This document shows positions 18,919 to 28,744 of a stretch of DNA of 64,000 nt, in pieces (the stretch's first letter is position 1; each line of letters starts with the position of its first letter). The DNA comes from Pseudonocardiaceae bacterium. GTDB lineage: Bacteria; Actinomycetota; Actinomycetes; Mycobacteriales; Pseudonocardiaceae. The stretch covers positions 641 to 64,640 of the forward strand of contig DATELN010000126.1 in assembly GCA_035276605.1 (NCBI GenBank), given 5' to 3'. The notes below the pieces were generated by a model that was not told the origin of the DNA, did no database searches, and saw only the letters and a program-made list of their open reading frames with translations. Made by a program: the position numbers and the translations under genes.

Positions 18919-21528
18919 CTATAGAGTTCTATATCCCGCTTTGGATAACAGGTCGGCCAGGGCATGCTCAGCGGTGGCCCGGTCGGGGCACACCGTCGCC
19001 ACAAGATTGCCGAAGCAGACGCTGTTATCGGCATCGACCACGCGAATGATCCCGGGCAGGGTCGTAGGAAGTCTCGACGCATTCGGACCGGAACTATCGC
19101 CGCGCAGCTCGGCGGCGAGCATCCCGAGCGTCCTGGTGAGTTCTCGCGGATTGCCGCTCAGGTGGTTGAGCAGCACTGCCGCGAGGCGGTGGGCACGTTG
19201 CTCGACGGGGTTTCCAGCGGCACGAGACAGGTAGTTGGCGAGGTTGTGGTGCGCCGTGGAGATCTCCCGGGAATTGTGGTGGAGGTACCAGAGGTGCAAC
19301 GAGGTGCGCTGGAGGTCCACAGCCTTCTTCGGGTGGTGACGCTTGTCTGTCAGGTCAGCGCGGGCACCGTAGACAGCTGCCAGCTGGGTGATGTCCCGGG
19401 CGGTGGCGACAATGTCCTGGCAGTCACGCAATAGCTGGTCAGCGTCGGCAGCCCGGCCGAGGTGGAACAGCGGCAGGTAGTCGTGGCACCGGCTACCGGC
19501 GATCTCCGAGGTACTAGACCCGCGGCGCTGCTTGGTTTTCACCACCTCGTCGTTGAGGTCGAGCGCTTCATCCCAGCGCTCCAAGGCCAGTGCGGACAAG
19601 CGGCCGATATCAAGAACGCACTCGCGAATGTTCCATGGGTTCACCCGGTCGTTGGAGGCACGTTCGTCGGGCAGGTCGGCCATCTGGGCGCGCAGCGCGG
19701 GTAAGTCCAAAAGGACCTGCTCGTGGCGGCCGAGCAGGTTGAGAATCTGCAGCCGCCGCCCGTAATCGCTGAGTCGGGTCCAGTGCCCGAACCCGGCCTG
19801 GGTAGTGTGCTCAATCTTCTGATTGGCCATCGCGAGAGCGTCAGAAAGCCTGCCTTGGTCGCGCAGCAGGGTGACCAGTTCCCCGGCGGTGGTGGAGGCG
19901 ACTTGGTAATCGCCGTCGGACGTGGCTTGGTGGTAGGCGCGGCGCAGGAATATTTCGGCCTCGCCGGGGTCCACCTTCCGCAGCGCGGCACCGAGTACGA
20001 CCAGGTCCTTGACAGCGCCGGTGGCCTCGGTGATGCGCCGCAACGGCGGTATGGCAGCAAGCGCGGTGACCGGCGAGTAGCCATCCCGGATCAGCGCGCG
20101 TTCGAGGAGGCAGCTGGCCCCGTCCCAGTCGCACTGGCGCAAGAGGTAGCGGGCCGCAGCCAGGCTGGCCTCCACGCCGGCCTTCTGCGGAGTGCTCTGC
20201 CAACCACCGACCACAGCGGTCCACCAGGCGGCAAGTTGCCCGTCGACGGCGGCAATGACCGGCTCCGGGGTCACTGCGTGGACGACCTCGGCGACACCGG
20301 GGTGGATCCGGTAGTGCACCTGATCGGTGGCGAGCAGTGCGGCGCTGATCAACGGACCGACTGTCGAGGCAACCGGCGGGGGCTCACCAGGCTGGTCCAA
20401 GCGCCGCCACAGGGCAGGCCAGTTCGCCTCGATGACAGCCGGGTCCCGGTCGGCTTCTTCCATCCGGCACAGGGCTTGCAGCAGCAGCCGTGCCGGGGCG
20501 GGCGCTGTCGCGGCAATAGTGTTGATCCACGTGGCGAAGATCTGCCGCAATTGCTCGGCGTCCAGCCCGGTGCTGCCCTTGTTCACGAACGCGGCCAGGG
20601 GCGCTGCCCCATCCACCGCTGTTTCGATCTCTGTCAGCTGGTAGGCCAGCCGAGCCGGGTCGGTTGCGGCCGCGTTCGAGAATTCCAGCAGCTGGGGATG
20701 ACCTTGGGTCAGGGTAAGCAGGCAGCGGGCCAGCGCCACGCTGTGCAGCAACGCGCGCAGACTTGGCAGCTCAGCAACTAGCAGCAGGGACTCGTCCCGG
20801 GACAGCGCGTGCACCGGCCGGATCAGCACGGCGTCAGCGCTAAGCTCCGCCGGCACGACTCGGCTGGTCAAGATCACCCGCGACGGCCCGGCGTGGCCGG
20901 TGAACGCGCCGATCAGCAGCGCCCAGCGCGGATCGCACCACTGGCCATCTGGGCTGAGCAAGGTTTCGAGATTGTCCAGGACGAGCAGCACGCCCGCGTC
21001 GCCGAACACGGTGGCGAGGGCGGACAGGGACTTCGCCAGGGTCGCTTCGGTGGCGATCTTGTCCACCATCGTGAACCCGTGCTTGCCCAGTTGCGTGTCC
21101 AACTCTAGGGCCAACAGGCGCAGCGCATCGCCGGAACGGTCCGGATCGGTGGGCGCAGACCAGAACGCCGATGCGCCGAAGGCGTCCCGATGACGGTAGG
21201 CCAGCTCGACCGCGCAGCTGGTCTTGCCCGTACCCGCCGTCCCGTAAAACAACACCGCGGTACGCCCAGACGCCGGGTCCAACGCGGCGCTGGCCGCAGC
21301 CATCGGCACAGCGCGACCGACAAACCGGGTGGACTGTGCCGGGAACCCGGCCATCGTCTCACCAGTAGTCTCGTAGGCCGGCTTCCCGGTCGGAGGCGCC
21401 GGGGTCAGCCCAACCGAAGCGGCCTTTGGCCTGTTTAACCTAATTATCCGTCCCAGGAATAGCGAAAGCAGGATCGATATCAGAATCCACGCGAGAATTC
21501 CGAGCCCAATCACCGCGATCGCCGTCAC
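18919..21528 (-). CDS. membrane-anchored STAND (NB-ARC-like) P-loop NTPase with C-terminal helical/TPR-like repeats
   Basis: N-terminal TM helix (IAVIGLGILAWILISILLSLFL), Walker A GTAGTGKT, Walker B LLVLDNLE, and a ~500-aa helical repeat region. The GTG start is preceded by GGAGG. Confidence 0.8.
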   Translation of the reverse strand: MTAIAVIGLGILAWILISILLSLFLGRIIRLNRPKAASVGLTPAPPTGKPAYETTGETMAGFPAQSTRFVGRAVPMAAASAALDPASGRTAVLFYGTAGTGKTSCAVELAYRHRDAFGASAFWSAPTDPDRSGDALRLLALELDTQLGKHGFTMVDKIATEATLAKSLSALATVFGDAGVLLVLDNLETLLSPDGQWCDPRWALLIGAFTGHAGPSRVILTSRVVPAELSADAVLIRPVHALSRDESLLLVAELPSLRALLHSVALARCLLTLTQGHPQLLEFSNAAATDPARLAYQLTEIETAVDGAAPLAAFVNKGSTGLDAEQLRQIFATWINTIAATAPAPARLLLQALCRMEEADRDPAVIEANWPALWRRLDQPGEPPPVASTVGPLISAALLATDQVHYRIHPGVAEVVHAVTPEPVIAAVDGQLAAWWTAVVGGWQSTPQKAGVEASLAAARYLLRQCDWDGASCLLERALIRDGYSPVTALAAIPPLRRITEATGAVKDLVVLGAALRKVDPGEAEIFLRRAYHQATSDGDYQVASTTAGELVTLLRDQGRLSDALAMANQKIEHTTQAGFGHWTRLSDYGRRLQILNLLGRHEQVLLDLPALRAQMADLPDERASNDRVNPWNIRECVLDIGRLSALALERWDEALDLNDEVVKTKQRRGSSTSEIAGSRCHDYLPLFHLGRAADADQLLRDCQDIVATARDITQLAAVYGARADLTDKRHHPKKAVDLQRTSLHLWYLHHNSREISTAHHNLANYLSRAAGNPVEQRAHRLAAVLLNHLSGNPRELTRTLGMLAAELRGDSSGPNASRLPTTLPGIIRVVDADNSVCFGNLVATVCPDRATAEHALADLLSKAGYRTL

Positions 21529-21726
21529 CGAGCCTCCGATCTGGCGAGCCTTACCTTAGTCGTCAGGTAAGCCGCATGTCGAAGTTACCCAAAACTACTG
21601 CATAAAGAACAATCGCTAACTGATCGCCAGGCGTGACGAGGGCATGGACTGATCACTCGAATAGCCTAAATGCAAACTCGACGTGCGCCGTCGAGTTCAC
21701 GACAAGGTCCTAGGCGTGCAGCCTGG

Positions 21727-22264
21727 CTCAGGGTGGGGTGGGCACGGTGAACAGTTCCGCTGCGCCGGGCGCCATGGTCAGGGCTACCAGAGCGGCGGCG
21801 ATGCGGTGCAGCGGCAGCACGGCAGCGACGCACCCGGTGGCGATGACACTGGAAGGCATGCCGGCGGCGCGGGCGGTAGCGGGATCCTAAGCAAGAACGC
21901 GGCGCTGCTGAGCAGGGCACCACCCCCATTGAGGGCATCAGCGTCGATGATGCTGAGCCTGCGTGTCTCGTCGACGGTCGCAGTGGCGCCGCCCGGGATC
22001 ACCGTCACGCCCGGCGCGTCGACGCTGGCCCAGGCGGGCCGTCCAGACAGGCAGCCTCGTGAACCGTTGCAGCAAGCAGGACAAGTGATCCGGTTGCTCG
22101 CTACGGCGGCCGTGTTGCACCACCAACAGCGGCACCGAGAAGGCGGCCGGTAGCTCGGTCAGGATCGAGGAGACCGCGCTCAACCCGCCGAGCGAGGCAA
22201 CCATCACGACAAGGTCAAAGTGAATCATCTCGCGGCTCGGCCCGGTCACTGACGCGGCGACCAC
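21727..22264 (-). pseudogene. stand-alone CheB-type methylesterase domain, disrupted
   Basis: The homology is split over three frames: FDLVVMVASLGGLSAVSSILTELPAAFSVPLLVVQH; GVTVIPGGATATVDE; DPATARAAGMPSSVIATGCVAAVLPLHRIAAAL. The last segment is preceded by an in-frame TAG where Q is expected. Confidence 0.65.
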
Positions 22265-22337
22265 GGTACCTGTTTGTGTCCGCTACCGGACATAGGCACG
22301 GTCTCAACTGGGTATTCCAGCAAGGAGATTCCCAACG

Positions 22338-22879
22338 ATGGGCAAACTATGAACACGGACATTTTCGGCGTAACGCCATCCTCGCCAACTTGTTCGAATC
22401 GGAGTTCGATCGCATACGTCACCGGTGGAGCTGGTCGACACCGAGATTCGCCAGCAGGTCTACCAGCCCGGCCAGCCGATTACCGAGGTCTTCTTCCCCT
22501 GTCGTCGGTCTTTTCCTGGTAGCGGTGGCTGACGAAAAGGAAGTAGTGGTCGAGATCGCCACGGTCGGTTGGAAAGGCATGGTCGGCCTGCCGTTGTTTC
22601 TCGGCGTCGGCAGCAGTCCACACGCCGCGTTCTGCCAGATCCCCGGGCCGGCTGCCCGGCTTGGCGCCGACGACCTGCGCCGTGCCTTGACTGCCGATGG
22701 CGCGCTGCACCGTGCACCGGCCAACAGTCTCGGAGATCGCTGGCCGGCTGCAGGCGGCCGGCCTGGTCCGCTATACCCGTGGCATTATCACCGTCGCCGA
22801 CCGGAGCGGCCTCGAACGCATCACCTGTGACTGCTACCGGATTGTCAATGCCGAGTTCGACCGCCTCTATGACGACTGA
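22338..22879 (+). pseudogene. Crp/Fnr-family transcription regulator, multiply frameshifted with an internal deletion
   Basis: The fragments lie in different frames: RNAILANLFESEFDRIRH; PVELVDTEIRQQVYQPGQPITEVFFP; EVVVEIATVGWKGMVG; and the C-terminal HTH RPTVSEIAGRLQAAGLVRYTRGIITVADRSGLERITCDCY. Confidence 0.6.
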
Positions 22880-23013
22880 AGAACCCGCAGCGCAACGGCC
22901 AGATGGCTACCAGTTGAACAACGAATTGCCACGGCATCGGCCCGCCGCGCGTCGCGCCCCGTAGGATCCGGCCTGTTACGGCTGCACGACATCATGAGGG
23001 AAGGACACTGGCG

Positions 23014-24474
23014 ATGCTCCCAGACGGGAGCCTCACGACAGCGATCGTGCTGGCCGCCGGTGAAGGCACCCGGATGCACTCGGCGATCCCCAAGGTGCTG
23101 CACCCGCTGGCCGGCCGGACCCTGGTGGAACACGCTGTTCGAGCCGCCGCTGGGCTCGACCCCGAGCACCTGGTTGTGGTGATCGGTCACGGTCGAGACG
23201 CGGTGGATACCCACTTACGCACGGTCGCGGCCGCCCTGGGACGCCAGTTGCGCGCCGCGGTACAGGCCGAGCAGCACGGCACCGGGCACGCGGTTCGTAC
23301 CGCGTTGGACATCTTGCCGGCCGAGCTGTCCGGCACCGTACTGGTCAGCTACGGCGACGTGCCGCTGCTGGATACCGCCACGCTGGCCGAGCTGCTCACC
23401 GAGCATCACCGCGCCGGGCACGCGGTCACCGTCCTGTCCGCGCTGGTGGACGACCCCACCGGGTACGGCCGAGTACTGCGGGACTGTTCCGGCGGGGTGT
23501 CGGGGATCGTCGAACACCGCGACGCCACCACGGCCCAGCGGACCATCCGTGAGATCAATTCTGGAGTGTTTGCCTTCGACGCCACGGTGTTGCGCGACGC
23601 CCTGGGTCAGCTGCGCCCGTCCAATAGTCAAGGTGAGCTGTACCTGACTGACGTGCTGGGCCTGGTCCGCGACAAGGGGCTGCCGGTCGGCGCGCACCCG
23701 TGCTCCGATCCGTGGCTGGTGGCCGGGGTGAACGACCGGGTGCAGCTCGCCGCGGTGGGCGCAGAGCTCAATCGTCGGTTGCTGACGCACTGGATGCGCG
23801 CCGGGGTCACCGTCATTGATCCGGCCTCGGTGTGGCTGGACACCGACGTCCAGCTGTCCCCTGACGTGCTGCTGCATCCCGGGGTTCAGCTGCACGCGGG
23901 CACCGTGGTCGGTCCGGGGGCGGTGATCGGGCCGGACTCGACACTGTCGGGCTGCACCATCGGCGCAGCGGCCACGGTGGTGCGGACTCATGCCGTCGGC
24001 GCGGTCGTCGCCGAGGGCGCCCAGATCGGCCCGTTCGCCTACCTTCGGCCGGGCAGCCGGGTCGGCGAGCGGGCCAAGGTCGGCACCTTCGTGGAGACGA
24101 AGAACGCCGAGTTGGGGCCGGGTGCGAAGGTGCCGCATCTGAGCTACGTCGGGGACGCGACGATAGGTGAGGGAACCAACATCGGCGCGGCTACCGTGTT
24201 CGTCAACTACGACGGCGTGGCCAAGCACCGGACGTCCGTGGGTGCCCATGCCCGGACCGGCGCGGACAATATGTTCGTCGCGCCGGTGACCATCGGTGAC
24301 GGCGCGTACACCGCGGCCGGCTCGGTCATCACGCAAGATGTGCCGCCGGGCGCGCTGGCAGTGGCCCGCAGCCGGCAACGAAATATCGAAGGCTGGGTGA
24401 GCCGGCGCCGCCCGGGCACCCTGGCAGCGCGCGCAGCACAGCAAGCCGGCGGCGAGACAACGCGGCAGGAGTGA
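23014..24474 (+). CDS. glmU: bifunctional UDP-GlcNAc pyrophosphorylase / GlcN-1-P N-acetyltransferase
   Basis: LAAGEGTRM at the N-terminus, a left-handed beta-helix hexapeptide region, and conserved position upstream of prs. Confidence 0.95.
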   Translation: MLPDGSLTTAIVLAAGEGTRMHSAIPKVLHPLAGRTLVEHAVRAAAGLDPEHLVVVIGHGRDAVDTHLRTVAAALGRQLRAAVQAEQHGTGHAVRTALDILPAELSGTVLVSYGDVPLLDTATLAELLTEHHRAGHAVTVLSALVDDPTGYGRVLRDCSGGVSGIVEHRDATTAQRTIREINSGVFAFDATVLRDALGQLRPSNSQGELYLTDVLGLVRDKGLPVGAHPCSDPWLVAGVNDRVQLAAVGAELNRRLLTHWMRAGVTVIDPASVWLDTDVQLSPDVLLHPGVQLHAGTVVGPGAVIGPDSTLSGCTIGAAATVVRTHAVGAVVAEGAQIGPFAYLRPGSRVGERAKVGTFVETKNAELGPGAKVPHLSYVGDATIGEGTNIGAATVFVNYDGVAKHRTSVGAHARTGADNMFVAPVTIGDGAYTAAGSVITQDVPPGALAVARSRQRNIEGWVSRRRPGTLAARAAQQAGGETTRQE

Positions 24475-24476
24475 TC

Positions 24477-25463
24477 ATGAGCTTTTCCACCATGTCAGCA
24501 ATCCCGAAGAAGAGCCTGATGCTGCTGTCCGGGCGCTTCCACCCCGAGCTGGTCGAGGAGGTGGCCAAGCACCTCGACGTCGCCGTCACCCCGCAGTCGG
24601 CCTACTCCTTTGCTAACGGTGAGATCTTCGTGCGGTTCGAGGAGTCGGTCCGCGGCTGTGACGCGTTTGTCATGCAGGCGCACACCGCCCCAATCAACGA
24701 CGCGATCATGGAGCAGCTGATCATGGTGGACGCGCTCAAGCGGGCGTCGGCCAAACGGATCACCGCCGTGATGCCGTTCTGGGGGTACAGCCGCCAGGAC
24801 AAGAAACACCGCGGGCGCGAGCCCATCTCCGCTCGGCTGATCGCGGACATGTTCAAGGTCGCCGGCGCTAACCGGATCATGACGGTGGATTTGCACACGT
24901 CGCAGGTGCAGGGCTTCTTCGATGGCCCGGTGGACCATCTGTTCGCGCTGCCGGTGCTTGCTAGCCACATCAAGCAGACCTACGCCGACCGGGCGCTGGC
25001 GGTGGTATCGCCCGACTCCGGCCGGGTGCGGCTGGCCGAACGCTGGGCCAACACCCTCGGCGGTACCCCGCTGGCGTTCATCCACAAGACCCGCGACACC
25101 AGCCGGCCCAACCAGGCGGTGGCCAACCGGGTGGTCGGCGACGTCGACGGCCGGCTGTGCGTGGTGATCGACGACATGATCGACACCGGCGGGACGGTGA
25201 CCAGCACCGTGGCGGCGCTGCACGATGCGGGGGCGGCCGATGTGGTCATCGCGGCCACCCATGGTGTGCTGTCCGACCCGGCGACCAAGCGGCTGTCCAG
25301 CTGCGGTGCCCGGGAGGTCATTCTCACCAACACGCTGCCCATCCCGGACGAGAAGCGGTTCCCGGGAATGACGGTGCTGTCCATCGCACCGCTGCTGGCC
25401 CGCGCGATCCACGAGGTCTTCGACGACGGCTCTGTCACCAGCCTCTTCGACGGCAACGCCTAG
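24477..25463 (+). CDS. prs: ribose-phosphate pyrophosphokinase
   Basis: LLSGRFHPELVEEVAKHL, ...VVIDDMIDTGGT. The alternative GTG at 24471 overlaps the glmU stop. Confidence 0.95.
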   Translation: MSFSTMSAIPKKSLMLLSGRFHPELVEEVAKHLDVAVTPQSAYSFANGEIFVRFEESVRGCDAFVMQAHTAPINDAIMEQLIMVDALKRASAKRITAVMPFWGYSRQDKKHRGREPISARLIADMFKVAGANRIMTVDLHTSQVQGFFDGPVDHLFALPVLASHIKQTYADRALAVVSPDSGRVRLAERWANTLGGTPLAFIHKTRDTSRPNQAVANRVVGDVDGRLCVVIDDMIDTGGTVTSTVAALHDAGAADVVIAATHGVLSDPATKRLSSCGAREVILTNTLPIPDEKRFPGMTVLSIAPLLARAIHEVFDDGSVTSLFDGNA

Positions 25464-25473
25464 CTCGCCTACT

Positions 25474-25541
25474 TTCTCCCCTCCCCGGCGTGTCGCTCCC
25501 CCCGTGCCCGGTGTGTCCGGCCCTGGTGCCCAGCCGGTGAA
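25474..25541 (-). repeat. 66-68-bp element of three ~22-nt units (copy C, inverted orientation)
   Basis: The reverse complement reads ...ggctgggcaccagggc / cggacacaccgggcacggggggag / cgacacgccggggaggggagaa. It lies in the prs-rplY spacer. Confidence 0.75.
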
Positions 25542-25722
25542 CGCGGACTGCCTATACTCCATGGGTTGCCTCGGCGAGGGAGAGCCCGGCGCTCTTCGTG
25601 ATCGACGCGGCGGTCTCGCGTTCAGCGTGCCCGTGCCCGATCGTGAGTGCGTCACTCCCCGCCGCTGAACCGGCGTCCCGCCTTACCGGGCGTTGCGCCT
25701 TGCATTCGTTAAGGAGTCCATC

Positions 25723-26343
25723 GTGTCCGAGGTCCGCTTGGCCGCCGAGCCGCGCACCGAGTTCGGCAAGGGCGCCGCCCGTCGCACCCGGCGGGCCGGC
25801 AAGATTCCCGCGGTGCTCTACGGGCACGGCAGCGATCCACAGCACCTCGCGCTGCCCGCCTTGGAGTTCGCCCGGGTAGTACGTGAACAGGGCAGCAACG
25901 CCGTGCTCAGCCTGGATCTGGGCGGGGCACCGCAACTCGCGCTGACCAAGACCGTCACCGTGCATCCCATCCGTCGCTACATCGAGCACGTCGATCTGCT
26001 CATCATCCGGCGCGGCGAAAAGGTCGTGGTAGACGTCCACGTCGTCGTCACCGGCGACGCATCGCCGGGCACACTGGTCACCCAGGAGCTGACGAATCTC
26101 CAGGTCGAGGCCGACGCGCTGGCGATCCCTGACGAGATCGAGGTATCCGTGCAGGACGCCGAGGTGGGCACCCGGGTACTGGCCGGCGAGATCGCACTGC
26201 CGCCGGGTGTCACACTGCGGACCGATCAGGATCAGCTCATCGTCAACGTTGTCGCCGCGCCCAGCGGTGAAGAGCTTGAGACTGAGGGTGCCGAGGAGGA
26301 AGAGGCGGCACCGGTTACCGGGTCTTCCGCCGAGGCGTCCTGA
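25723..26343 (+). CDS. rplY: 50S ribosomal protein L25 / general stress protein Ctc
   Basis: [22 protein letters not shown]. The GTG at 25723 is preceded by AAGGAG. Confidence 0.9.
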   Translation: MSEVRLAAEPRTEFGKGAARRTRRAGKIPAVLYGHGSDPQHLALPALEFARVVREQGSNAVLSLDLGGAPQLALTKTVTVHPIRRYIEHVDLLIIRRGEKVVVDVHVVVTGDASPGTLVTQELTNLQVEADALAIPDEIEVSVQDAEVGTRVLAGEIALPPGVTLRTDQDQLIVNVVAAPSGEELETEGAEEEEAAPVTGSSAEAS

Positions 26344-26364
26344 GGCCAGACCTTCGATTCGGCC

Positions 26365-26961
26365 GTGACCACTGCGGACAGTACCAACGGGGTCGCCGGT
26401 GAGATCGGGTTAGTCGTGGGCCTGGGCAATCCGGGCCCCGGCTACGCCGGCAACCGGCACAACGCCGGGTTCATGGTGGTCGACGAGTTGGCGCGCCGGG
26501 TGGGTGGCCGCTTCACCACCCATAAGACCGGAGCTGACGTGCTGGAAGCGCGTCTGGCCGGGCGGCGTGTCGTCCTGGCGAAGCCGCGCTCGTTCATGAA
26601 TCTTTCTGGTCCAGCGGTTACCGCCACGGCACGGTACTTCAAGATTCCACCCACCGACGTGGTCGTCGTGCATGACGATCTTGATCTCGATTACGGCGTG
26701 CTCAGGCTCAAGCGCGGCGGCGGCGAGGGTGGACACAACGGGCTGCGCTCCGTCTCGGCGTATCTGGGCACCAAGGACTACTTGCGAGTGCGGTTCGGTA
26801 TCGGCCGGCCGCCGGGACGGATGGATCCGGCGGACTACGTGCTGCGCGACTTTTCCCTCATCGAGCGCCGGGAGCTAGACCTGCTGGTGGACCGCTGCGC
26901 CGACGCAGTCGAGCAGTTGCTTACCCAAGGGCTCGCAGCGACGCAGAACCAGCTGCATTGA
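26365..26961 (+). CDS. pth: peptidyl-tRNA hydrolase
   Basis: [23 protein letters not shown]. Confidence 0.95.
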   Translation: MTTADSTNGVAGEIGLVVGLGNPGPGYAGNRHNAGFMVVDELARRVGGRFTTHKTGADVLEARLAGRRVVLAKPRSFMNLSGPAVTATARYFKIPPTDVVVVHDDLDLDYGVLRLKRGGGEGGHNGLRSVSAYLGTKDYLRVRFGIGRPPGRMDPADYVLRDFSLIERRELDLLVDRCADAVEQLLTQGLAATQNQLH

Positions 26962-27022
26962 CGCAGGGCACGAGGCCGCGACACACCCGGTACCGGGGCG
27001 CGACACGCCGGAAGAGAGGGCG
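26957..27022 (+). repeat. 66-bp element of three 22-nt units (copy B)
   Basis: attgacgcagggcacgaggccg / cgacacacccggtaccggggcg / cgacacgccggaagagagggcg. It overlaps the pth stop codon and fills the gap to the convergent ligase stop. Confidence 0.8.
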
Positions 27023-27028
27023 GGCGGG

Positions 27029-28705
27029 TTAGGGTAGGTGCTCGGTGATGCGGGCGCGCAGTGCGGCGCGGCGCAGTTTGCCGGAGGGGGTCTTGGGGAG
27101 CGCTGCTGGTGGAAGAACCACCACAGCGCCTGGGCGCAGGCCGACCGCGTCGACCACCCGCGCAGCGACCTCCTTGCGCAGCATCCGCTCGGCCTCGGCA
27201 TCTCCGGCCCGGGTGGACTCGACCGCCACCGCGAAGGACTCCCGCCGCTCGCCGGCGTCCAGGCGCACCGCCGCCACATTGCCCGGACGGACGCCCTCAA
27301 CCCGCCCGGCGGCGCGTTCAATATCAATGGGATAGATGTTGCGCCCGCCCATGACGATGACGTCCTTGCGCCGCCCGCAGACCACCACGTCGCCCTCGAC
27401 GAGATAACCCTCATCGCCGGTGTCCAGCCACCCGTCGGCGTCCTGCGTGGCGCGGGGTCCGGTGGTGGTCAGGTACTCGCGGGTCACCGAGGTGCCGCGC
27501 ACCTGAAGCCGGCCGACGACGCGCTCCCCCACTTGACGACCGTCGTCGGCGACCACCCGCACCTGCATCCCGGACAATGGCGGCCCCAGCCGGGGAAACG
27601 CCCGGACATGCGGGCCGCCGGCGCCGGCCACGACGGCCCGGCGCTGGGTCTCCAGCGCGTCGGCGTCCACGGAGTCGACCTGCATGCCGACTCCGAGCGG
27701 GGCGAAGGACACCCCCAGCGTTGCCTCGGCCATCCCGTAGGCGCACACCATGCACGTCTCTGGAAGCCCGAATCGGGCGCCGGCGGCGAGAAAAGCCCGC
27801 ACTGCGGCGGGTTCGATCGGCTCGGCACCGTTGAGCGCAAAGCGCAGGCTGGACAGGTCGAACTGCTCGTCGGTGTTGGCCAGCCGCCTGGCCAGCAACG
27901 CATAGCCGAAGTTCGGCGCCGCGGTGATCGTGCCCCGGTGCCGGCTGATCAGATCCGCCCACAGCAGCGGGTGCGAGATGAAATCGGCCGGGGTGACCTT
28001 GACCAGCTCCAAGCCCAGTGCCATCGGGATGGTGAGGAAGCCCACCATGCCCATGTCGTGGAACAGCGGCAGCCAGGACACCATCACGTCGTGTGCCGGG
28101 TCCAGCGCCGCAACCTGCACCATCGCGGTCATGTTGGCGTAGAGATTGCCGTGGGTGATCCGGACGGCCTTCGGTTCCGCGCTCGAGCCGGAGGTTAGCT
28201 GCAGCAAAGCGGTGTCGTCCTCGTCGACCGCCACCGGGCCGCTCAGCGGCTCGATAGCCGGGTTATCTAGATCGGTGAGCATCAGGTAGCTGATTCCGCG
28301 CTGGCCCAGCAGCGGGGCGAGCCGATCGAACGGCGGGCCAAGCAGCACCAGCTTGGCGTTGATCATGCTGAGTGCCCGAACAGTGTCGGTCGCCCAACTC
28401 GCCAGATCGGCCCGCGGGGTGGGTTGGTGCAGCATGGTCACGCTACCGCCGGCCAGCCAGACACCTTGCACGGCGGGCGCGATCAGCGCCGGGTCACCGG
28501 CGAGGACGGCGACCGCGTCACCGTGCTGGAGCCCGGGCGCAGCGGTGCCGATCAAACAGCCGGCGGCGCGCAGCGCCTTCCGGTGCACCTCGGTCCAGGT
28601 GGTGCGGCGCGGCTGGGAGGGTTCACCGGTGGTGATGCCCCGGTCGGACCGGGTCGGTGAATCCGGCGAGCAGTGGGCCAAAAGCGTGTCGAGGAAGGCA
28701 CTCAC
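27029..28705 (-). CDS. AMP-dependent acyl ligase (FadD/FAAL-like; positional equivalent of M. tuberculosis Rv1013/pks16)
   Basis: LQLTSGSSAEPKAV adenylation motif, ...GWLDTGDEGY..., PKTPSGKLRR. Confidence 0.85.
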   Translation of the reverse strand: MSAFLDTLLAHCSPDSPTRSDRGITTGEPSQPRRTTWTEVHRKALRAAGCLIGTAAPGLQHGDAVAVLAGDPALIAPAVQGVWLAGGSVTMLHQPTPRADLASWATDTVRALSMINAKLVLLGPPFDRLAPLLGQRGISYLMLTDLDNPAIEPLSGPVAVDEDDTALLQLTSGSSAEPKAVRITHGNLYANMTAMVQVAALDPAHDVMVSWLPLFHDMGMVGFLTIPMALGLELVKVTPADFISHPLLWADLISRHRGTITAAPNFGYALLARRLANTDEQFDLSSLRFALNGAEPIEPAAVRAFLAAGARFGLPETCMVCAYGMAEATLGVSFAPLGVGMQVDSVDADALETQRRAVVAGAGGPHVRAFPRLGPPLSGMQVRVVADDGRQVGERVVGRLQVRGTSVTREYLTTTGPRATQDADGWLDTGDEGYLVEGDVVVCGRRKDVIVMGGRNIYPIDIERAAGRVEGVRPGNVAAVRLDAGERRESFAVAVESTRAGDAEAERMLRKEVAARVVDAVGLRPGAVVVLPPAALPKTPSGKLRRAALRARITEHLP

Positions 28706-28744
28706 AAGCGATCACCTTACGGCTGTAGGAGGCGGACCCGCACC

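Noticed and set aside
17086-22900. Integrated mobile element (genomic island or prophage) at tRNA-Gln
   Set aside because: I found no integrase, transposase or phage genes, and could not find a direct repeat of the tRNA 3' end downstream. Only compositional hints and accessory gene content remain, so it is reported as a hypothesis and not as a mobile_element feature.
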